Origin: Octopus vulgaris
Lineage: Eukaryota
Reading direction: 5' to 3'
Length of the DNA: 64,000 nt
NCBI GenBank assembly: GCA_951406725.2
Contig: OX597816.1
Span: forward strand, 42,160,001-42,224,000
Shown: positions 55,020-64,000 of the stretch, one piece after another
Numbering within the stretch: position 1 is the first letter of the stretch
How the letters are laid out: each line of letters begins with the position of its first letter
Translations under genes and position numbers: made by a program
The notes under the pieces: model-generated
Told to the model about the DNA's origin: nothing
Database searches by the model: none
Seen by the model: only the letters and a program-made list of their open reading frames with translations

Positions 55020-55988
55020 GGTGCCCCAGCATGGCCACAGCTCATAAGCTGAAACTAGAATCAATCAATCATATATATTCGGAACCTTTCTAGTGGCCCT
55101 ATTATCGAGATATTTCAATAATCTGAGTATGCCATGTGGTTTACAACATGAGTGCTACTCACGTGTTAAGTGTCATCAAAATCGATCGAACGATGTAGGA
55201 AGAGTTAGCTAACAACTCCATAAACACGGACAGACAGAATTTGCCACATATGTAGCAAATATATGTACAAGCACACTCAGTCACCTACGCACGAACACTT
55301 ACACGCATACACTCACACACACATTTCGATAAAGAGTGTGTGAAAGAAAAAGTAGTTTAATAGACGTTTTATTTGAAGGCTTAGTAATAGAATCACATGG
55401 AACCAAAACTTAAAATCTAAGTGTCACAAAATAAATTTCAGTAAGTAGGAATTTTAAGAAAAGCACTCCCTTGCATGTGTCTTTCTTAACAGGGTATTGT
55501 CCCTTCGAATAAAAACTACATAATATGTTGTTGGCATGCGATGTACAAATTCGTGTGGTAGTGACAAATATATACTGTAGCCTCTTACATTTGCTGGATG
55601 AGAAATGTTCTTGTGCATGCGCAACATGGTATTTCCGAGCTAATAGGAAAAGTGGATAGCCTTTAAAAACGATATACTCAGGGTTGCAAAGGAATGTTTT
55701 ATCAAATGATGTTATACATCTACATAAAGTGAAATATTAGGAAATGCAAGAGGACAAACTATCGCAAAATGTTTGTATATGTAAGTTTATGCACACACAC
55801 ACACACACACACACACATAATATAGAAACATAATGTGGACATAAAAGTATCTTAAGGCGTGAGTGAATGTCTATATCTAATGAAATATGGCGAAGCTCGA
55901 TCGACAATATGATTTCATTATACTTTAAAGTTATTTTATTTACATTAAATGATACTTATATAAAATCGGCTTAGAAAACAATGCTTCT

Positions 55989-56060
<72 letters not shown>
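54514..56060 (+). repeat. Near-identical 440 bp direct duplication (54514-54953 / 55551-55990), each copy followed by (TA)n
   Basis: tcgtgtggtagtgacaaat...aatgcttcttg repeated at an offset of 1037. The only difference I saw is gctattaaaa vs gcctttaaaa. Confidence 0.95.
55017..55071 (+). mobile_element. Very short 3'-end retroposon insertion; second copy at 62495-62549 (-)
   Basis: ggcggtgccccagcatggccacagctcat(a/g)agctgaaactagaatcaatcaatc in both copies. Confidence 0.8.
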
Positions 56061-56066
<6 letters not shown>

Positions 56067-56847
56067 TATATATATATATTTCTGTGATTCTTGAATATTT
56101 CATTAACTATCTGAACCACTACAATATAATGCTGTCATTTTTGCTTCTCATTCGGACTCCCTGATATTTTCGCATGATTGTACCTTAAATCCCTCCACAA
56201 AACTGTATTACGAACTATAAGGACATACACAAATTTTGTAAGTTCAAGACTTTTTCATCAGATCTCCAAAAAAATCGAACTTATCTGCGATTCTTGTTAA
56301 TTTCAATAACAATCTGTTATTCTTCTACACGACATGACAGTCACTATGTTTTTACTCAGACTTTCCTCTACATGATGTGGCAGTCACTTTGCCTCTTACT
56401 CGGATTTTCAGAAATTTTGCATGACTGTATCCGAAAATTTCTTCATACAACTTGATCAAATATCCAATATGAGCTATATGTAGACATGCATAAATTCTAT
56501 AGGTTTAAAACCTTTCATCAGATCTCCATGAATCGAACTTTCTTCAATGCAGTTAATCCTACAACCTCTTTTATATCTACCCCTTTTGATGTTTGGGGAT
56601 TCTCTGATATTTTTTCGGCTGACGAGTACGAGCCATCTGTATTCACTGCATTTTTTGTAGCTTATTAAAGATGTCCTCGTACGAAACGATCGTACCGAGA
56701 TTTTAATCCATTCTTGTTGCTTTTTTCCTATTTATAATCACCCCACTTGTCGTATGGCTAACACCATATAGATATCCGGTGCATCCTGGTTAAGGACCAT
56801 GTTCATGTGAATTCTTTAGAATTCACTAGAATCTCAATTACTTAACC

Positions 56848-56914
<67 letters not shown>

Positions 56915-57053
56915 CATACATATATATATGCATATATATGTATATGCATATGCATATATATATATATGTATGTAGATATGTATATATATATATATATATA
57001 CATACATACATATATATATATATTTATAAGTATATATATGTATATACATATGC

Positions 57054-57115
<62 letters not shown>

Positions 57116-58218
57116 ATGCATGTATATAGATATACGTGTGTGTGCGAGGGAGAGAAAGAGAGGAGGAATGTGTGTGCATGGCTCCGTATTTGGCATGCAA
57201 CATCGTTTAATAACAATTGTTCGGTTGTTTACGTCCCAACTTATTAGTTCTGCAAAAGTGACCGATATGAACCAGGCTTAAAATAAATGTACAGTCATAT
57301 ATCCATTCAACTAAAACCTGCAAGCCACAGATAAATGATTAATATTGTAAAGTATCTTGTTATATTTTGGTAACTAAATCACTGTTTTAATTCACTTGTT
57401 TTCGAATGTCTTTACTTATCAAGCAATTAGAATGCCTAAGTCTCAGAGAATACGTATTAATATTTTAATACAGTATGAATAACGGTTACTTAGTTCTTAA
57501 ATTGTCACAAAATGATGTCTAGACAGAAAAAATAGGAGATAATATTTTTGTGAGACAGTATCTTTTCGAAAGTTTTCATTGTTCTTTAGTTTTCAAAACC
57601 TATTTCTCTAGCAGTCTCGCATGAATTTCAACAGCTCTACAATCATCTCAGAACAACAAATGTTCAGTTTTATAACCGTAGTAAATATTTTAGTGCATTA
57701 TTTGATTTTACCAGTGCGCAAAGTGTCAAAATAAACCATTGGAAATATATATTACGTTATACCATTTACGTTTGTATTTTTTTGTCAGATAATTTCATTC
57801 GTTTCTTTATAATGATATTTGCAAAAATAGCTTTACATTTTAGAGTTGTATTTATTATCTGCGAGTATTGCATGTGGATTTGAAATTTGAATACATTTTT
57901 CCTCTTCACAGGCATAAGGGGATTGGATGCCAGGTAGAAAAATTTCGACAACTTCTTTTCTGCATTTTGCTTCGAGATTCCAAAACTGTTGAGACCGCTT
58001 CAGGACATTTGTCCAGTGTACAGAAAAGACCCAATTCCTTAAGATATATGTCTTTGTTCTTTCAAGCTCCGCCATATGGAAAGAAAATTCGAACTCATAA
58101 AGTTTAGTTTCAATGATGATCGGCTGAACGGCATCAGTCACGAGGATTCACACAGGTTAACTACCAGGATCCAGCTAACAAATACCAGGGGTACACACAT
58201 TAAACCATCATACGGCAG

Positions 58219-58258
<40 letters not shown>

Positions 58259-58264
<6 letters not shown>

Positions 58265-61200
58265 AATATAAGAGAGTGGTCACTAAATTGCTCACTCTAG
58301 CACTAGTTAATCCAAAGGGTTTCAACCACGAAAATACATGCTTACCATGAAAGTCAGTACGATTGTTAGCTCACACGGACAGGGCAAATAAAAAATAACA
58401 AAAATACAGATTATTTTGGGACAATTGTTTCGCTATTAATGAATTAAATGTAATTTTACTTACAAAAAAATCCATTTGTAGCTCGTCAGCCAAGACTATC
58501 TGGATGAAATCCACTCAATCACACGCCAGATTTTACCGTAATGATAAATACGCGTGTGGTTCAATTGATTACATCCGACGTTATAATTCAAATGCCCCAA
58601 CCAACAGCGCGCCAAACTTTCACGGAAAACAAATACAGCATTAAGAAATAAATGCAGCATAATTATAATTAATTAATAAGGTTGAGAGAATTAGATACTA
58701 ATTTAATAGTATATTTATTCCACACCAAGTGGCCTAGTGCTTCGAGAAACCTGGATTATTATAATATTTTATAACATATTACAATATTCTTACAAAATAA
58801 ATATAAGAGAGTGGTCACTAAATTGCTCACTCTAGCACTAGTTAATCCAAAAGGTTTCAACCACGAAAATACATGCTTACCATGAAAGTCAGTACGATTG
58901 TTAGCTCACACGGACAGGGCAAATAAAAAATAACAAAAATACAGATTATTTTGGGACAATTGTTTCGCTATTAATGAATTAAATGTAATTTTACTTACAA
59001 AAAAATCCATTTGTAGCTCGTCAGCCAAGACTATCTGGATGAAATCCACTCAATCACACGCCAGATTTTACCATAACGGTAAATACGCGTGTGGTTCAGT
59101 TGATTACATCCGACGTTATAATTCAAATGCCCCAACCAACAGCGCGCCAAACTTTCACGGAAAACAAATACAGCATTTATAAATAAATGCAGCATAATTA
59201 TAATTAATTAATAAGGGTGAGAGAATTAGATACTAATTTAATAGTATATTTATTCCACACCAAGTGGCCTAGTGCTTCGAGAAACCTGGATTATTATAAT
59301 ATTTTATAACATATTACAATATTTTACAAAATAAATATAAGAGAGTGGACACTAAATTGCTCACTCTAGCACTAGTTAATCCAAAGGGTTTCAACCACGA
59401 AAATACATGCTTACCATGAAAGTCAGTACGATTGTTAGCTCACACGGACAGGGCAAATAAAAAATAACAAAAATACAGATTATTTTGGGACAATTGTTTC
59501 GCTATTAATGAATTAAATGTAATTTTACTTACAAAAAAATCCATTTGTAGCTCGTCAGCCAAGACTATCTGGATGAAGCACTAGGCCACTTGGTGTGGAG
59601 TATATATACTATTAAATTAGTATCTAATTCTCTCACCCTTATTAATTAATTATAATTATGCTGCATTTATTTCTTAATGCTGTATTTGTTTTCCGTGAAA
59701 GTTTGGCGCGCTGTTGGTTGGGGCATTTGAATTATAACGTCGGATGTAATCAATTGAACCACACGCGTATTTATCATTACGGTAAAATCTGGCGTGTGAT
59801 TGAGTGGATTTCATCCAGATAGTCTTGGCTGACAAGCTACAAATGGATTTTTTTGTAAGTAAAATTACATTTAATTCATTAATAGCGAAACAATTGTCCC
59901 AAAATAATCTGTATTTTTGTTATTTTTTATTTGCCCTGTCCATGAGCTAACAATCGTACTGACTTTCATGGTAAGCATGTATTTTCGTGGTTGAAACCCT
60001 TTGGATTAACTAGTGCTAGAGTGAGCAATTTAGTGTCCACTCTCTTATATTTATTTTGTAAGAATATTGTAATATGTTATAAAATATTATAATAATCCAG
60101 GTTTCTCGAAGCACTAGGCCACTTGGTGTGGAATAAATATACTATTAAATTAGTATCTAATTCTCTCACCCTTATTAATTAATTATAATTATGCTGCATT
60201 TATTTATAAATGCTGTATTTGTTTTCCGTGAAAGTTTGGCGCGCTGTTGGTTGGGGCATTTGAATTATAACGTCGGATGTAATCAACTGAACCACACGCG
60301 TATTTACCGTTATGGTAAAATCTGGCGTGTGATTGAGTGGATTTCATCCAGATAGTCTTGGCTGACGAGCTACAAATGGATTTTTTTGTAAGTAAAATTA
60401 CATTTAATTCATTAATAGCGAAACAATTGTCCCAAAATAATCTGTATTTTTGTTATTTTTTATTTGCCCTGTCCGTGTGAGCTAACAATCGTACTGACTT
60501 TCATGGTAAGCATGTATTTTCGTGGTTGAAACCCTTTGGATTAACTAGTGCTAGAGTGAGCAATATAGTGTCCACTCTCTTATATTTATTTTGTAAGAAT
60601 ATTGTAATATGTTATAAAATATTATAATAATCCAGGTTTCTCGAAGCACTAGGCCACTTGGTGTGGAATAAATATACTATTAAATTAGTATCTAATTCTC
60701 TCACCCTTATTAATTAATTATAATTATGCTGCATTTATTTATTAATGCTGTATTTGTTTTCCGTGAAAGTTTGGCGCGCTGTTGGTTGGGGCATTTGAAT
60801 TATAACGTCGGATGTAATCAACTGAACCACACGCGTATTTACCGTTATGGTAAAATCTGGCGTGTGATTGAGTGGATTTCATCCAGATAGTCTTGGCTGA
60901 CGAGCTACAAATGGATTTTTTTGTAAGTAAAATTACATTTAATTCATTAATAGCGAAACAATTGTCCCAAAATAATCTGTATTTTTGTTATTTTTTATTT
61001 GCCCTGTCCGTGTGAGCTAACAATCGTACTGACTTTCATGGTAAGCATGTATTTTCGTGGTTGAAACCTTTGGATTAACTAGTGCTAGAGTGAGCAATTT
61101 AGTGACCACTCTCTTATATTTATTTTGTAAAAATATTATAATATGTTATAAAATATTATAATAATCCAGGTTTCTCGAAGCACTAGGCCACTTGGTGTGG

Positions 61201-61790
61201 AATAAATATACTATTAAATTAGTATCTAATTCTCTCACCCTTATTAATTAATTATAATTATGCTGCATTTATTTCTTAATGCTGTATTTGTTTTCCGTGA
61301 AAGTTTGGCGCGCTGTTGGTTGGGGCATTTGAATTATAACGTCGGATGTAATCAATTGAACCACACGCGTATTTATCATTACGGTAAAATCTGGCGTGTG
61401 ATTGAGTGGATTTCATCCAGATAGTCTTGGCTGACGAGCTACAAATGGATTTTTTTGTAAGTAAAATTACATTTAATTCATTAATAGCGAAACAATTGTC
61501 CCAAAATAATCTGTATTTTTGTTATTTTTTATTTGCCCTGTCCGTGTGAGCTAACAATCGTACTGACTTTCATGGTAAGCATGTATTTTCGTGGTTGAAA
61601 CCCTTTGGATTAACTAGTGCTAGAGTGAGCAATTTAGTGACCACTCTCTTATATTTATTTTGTAAAAATATTATAATATGTTATAAAATATTATAATAAT
61701 CCAGGTTTCTCGAAGCACTAGGCCACTTGGTGTGGAATAAATATACTATTAAATTAGTATCTAATTCTCTCACCCTTATTAATTAATTAT
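58259..61790. mobile_element. Retrozyme-like array of 533-535 bp HHR monomers: ~2.5 units inverted (58259-59577) + ~4.1 units direct (59575-61790), in (TA)n
   Basis: Unit marker agagagtgg at 58271, 58806 and 59340. HHR cores on + at 59829, 60362, 60897 and 61431. HHRs on - at 58416-58493, 58951-59028 and 59485-59562. Confidence 0.93.
60358..60435 (+). ncRNA. Type I hammerhead ribozyme (representative of 7 array copies)
   Basis: UUGG-CUGACGA-GCUA[caAAUGGAUuuuuuUGUAAguaaaaUUACAuuuaAUUCAUUaa]UAGC-GAAAC-AAUU-GUC-CCAA. Canonical core, G-C closing pair of helix II, GUC site. The copy at 59825-59902 has CUGACAA. Confidence 0.93.
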
Positions 61791-61866
61791 ATATATATAT
61801 ATATATATATAAATATATAATGTGTGTGTGTGTGTGTATATATATATATCAATATATACATACATA

Positions 61867-61904
<38 letters not shown>

Positions 61905-63677
61905 TGTATATATATATATCTGCATGTATCTATGTATACAGAGAGAGAGAGGGGAGAGAGAGAGAGGACTGTATATACATACACTCATTCTACAGGTGGT
62001 ATATATGCCTTTTCGTGGACAGAGAGACAGACAGATAACAGTGATAAACATTTCCAACCATGCACAAAACTATGGAAACAATGCGCACATGTATACATAT
62101 ACATATATATATATGTATGTCCACACCCACAAATACACAGACACACATACGCAGACACACACTTATACGCTGGCAGTGTAGCAAGTCATAAAAGCAGTAA
62201 CCTTCTTCCGTTTTCGCCTCATACGTCGTTAGAAACATTTCATCTGCTATTTTTGAATCCTCTCTGTTGTCATGTAATCCTATATTTTCATGCAATTGTC
62301 TAACTCTATAGTTTTTGTACGCGTCACTGTCAGTCGTTGTAGTTTCGGATGCTGTGATTACCTGCTGCCTGCGTGGGCACTCATAGCATGGGCTTTCTGA
62401 AAAATTTTAAGACGTCACCAATCCAGTGAATACTTGTGTTAATAGTGTATCTTTAAATTCTGTGAATGAGGTAGGTTACGTCATAGATAGCATTTGATTG
62501 ATTGATTCTAGTTTCAGCTCATGAGCTGTGGCCATGCTGGGGCACCGCCATTATGTAATTATTTACTCAAACATCATTAAGAGTATATGAAGGTTACGAA
62601 AATCACCCCCCCCCCCAAAAAAAAAAAAATAAACACCAAAAATAGAAAATAAACTATAATAAATTATTTGTGTAGCATTGAAAGTTTGGAAAAAAAAATT
62701 AGGGTTATGCAAGAAGAAAAATAATTGTAAGAAAAAATTAAGGAAACAAAATCCTATTTTTAATATTCTCTCCCAAGGAAACAGAAATATTTCATAACCA
62801 TTCTAATTAAATTTTAACAATACGTCCTGATTTCTGCAACGGTTTTTGTAATTTTTGAAATCGAATTTTGCAGGTGTTCTGTTTTCACACACGCATAAAC
62901 ACCCACATGTGCACAAATCATGTTTTCCTTTCAATTAGGCATAACTCATTTCTCCACATTGTTGCGGTCGATGCATACGATGTTCAGTTTCAACAATGAA
63001 TGAGAATTTTCAGTGTTTTATCTGCAGGGCAAAGATTTTAAAAGGCAGTTTACTAAGTGGTGCCCCGCTAAACAATTGTGCAAAAAGTGGATTGGTAGTT
63101 TAATTTTTCACGTTTAAAATCCGTTTGCTCTCTCCTCATCTATCCTTACCGCAGAATAAACTTAGGCTGCATAAGTTAAAGGCTCCTTCCTGTCTCCCTA
63201 AGTGTCAGTCCCCTGTTAGTACAATGCCTGTGCTTCTGTATGTGCACGCGTGCATAATGTGTGTGTATGTATATGGATAGATAAATATATAGATAGATGA
63301 ATAGACAAACATATAGACACATAGATAGAGAGATAGTTATATAAATAGGTAAATACAGATATACATGACATTATAGAAAAGACAAGTGAACAAGACATTA
63401 TGCAATTGACTACATTATCTTTCCGCTCTATCTGCCATTAATTGCAACGCATACATAGTCGAGGGTTTGTATATGAACGTATAGCTTTGTCGGAGCTTCG
63501 GATATGTAACGCAATATAAGCATGTTATAGAAAGAACAGCTGTAAGCTAATGTAGTCTATTGCACGATTTCCAGTTCCCTTTTCATTTATGCCATCTTTT
63601 GTTATGCCTCATATTCGACTAACGCTTTTCTCTGAAGCATATGTATATATATATATATATATGTATATATATGTATA

Positions 63678-63710
<33 letters not shown>

Positions 63711-64000
63711 GTAAATACATAGAAAGACAAGCAGATAGATATAGCGAGTTAGATGGATAGATTCACAAGCAAAAATACATGTGTCTGTATGCGCATAAAT
63801 TTAAATTGCATAAGAGCAACTGCAATTATGTTGTTATCGTTAGCATTGTTTTTTCCTGTTCATCTTTGAACTCACAATCTAAATAAAAATGGACGGCATA
63901 CTCAGAGAAAGAAACTTCTCTTGCGATTCACAGCATATCAATCCCAACATTATGCAATGTATCCAATTTCTGAAAAAAAATATGTGTAGGTTTACTTCCA

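Noticed and set aside
56170-56545. Diverged ~250 bp duplication with CTGATGA on the minus strand
   Set aside because: No matching GAAA/helix III or helix I, so not a hammerhead. Origin unclear.
60191-60355. 54-codon ORF in each 535 bp monomer (MLHLF..WISSR)
   Set aside because: The homolog at 1-470 has an indel and a stop in this region, so coding is not conserved.

Overview
AT-rich eukaryotic repeat DNA dense in (TA)n/(CA)n microsatellites, most likely from an octopus or other coleoid cephalopod (inferred from the SINE types and microsatellite load). I can support no host protein-coding gene, and most listed ORFs are microsatellite translations. The window holds: (1) a near full-length Penelope-like element (PLE; RT plus C-terminal GIY-YIG, 3162-5690, three in-frame TAA stops) with hammerhead-bearing pseudo-LTRs; (2) about 18 type I hammerhead ribozyme (HHR) motifs in about 6 sequence families, mostly in non-coding elements with an inverted-plus-direct layout inserted in (TA)n, including a 3.5 kb array of ~535 bp HHR monomers (58.3-61.8 kb) with a covarying homolog at the window start; (3) an apparently full-length CR1-group LINE (28.2-32.9 kb, minus) with a Myb/SANT-like, polyQ, 2xCCCH ORF1 and an intact ORF2 that has no AUG before the endonuclease and overlaps ORF1 in the -1 frame at a U UUU UUA slippery site; (4) remnants of Dong/R4, Neptune- and Poseidon-type PLE, Tc1/mariner, MITE, Helitron and tRNA-SINE elements. 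All calls were read by eye; no alignment, folding or database search was run.
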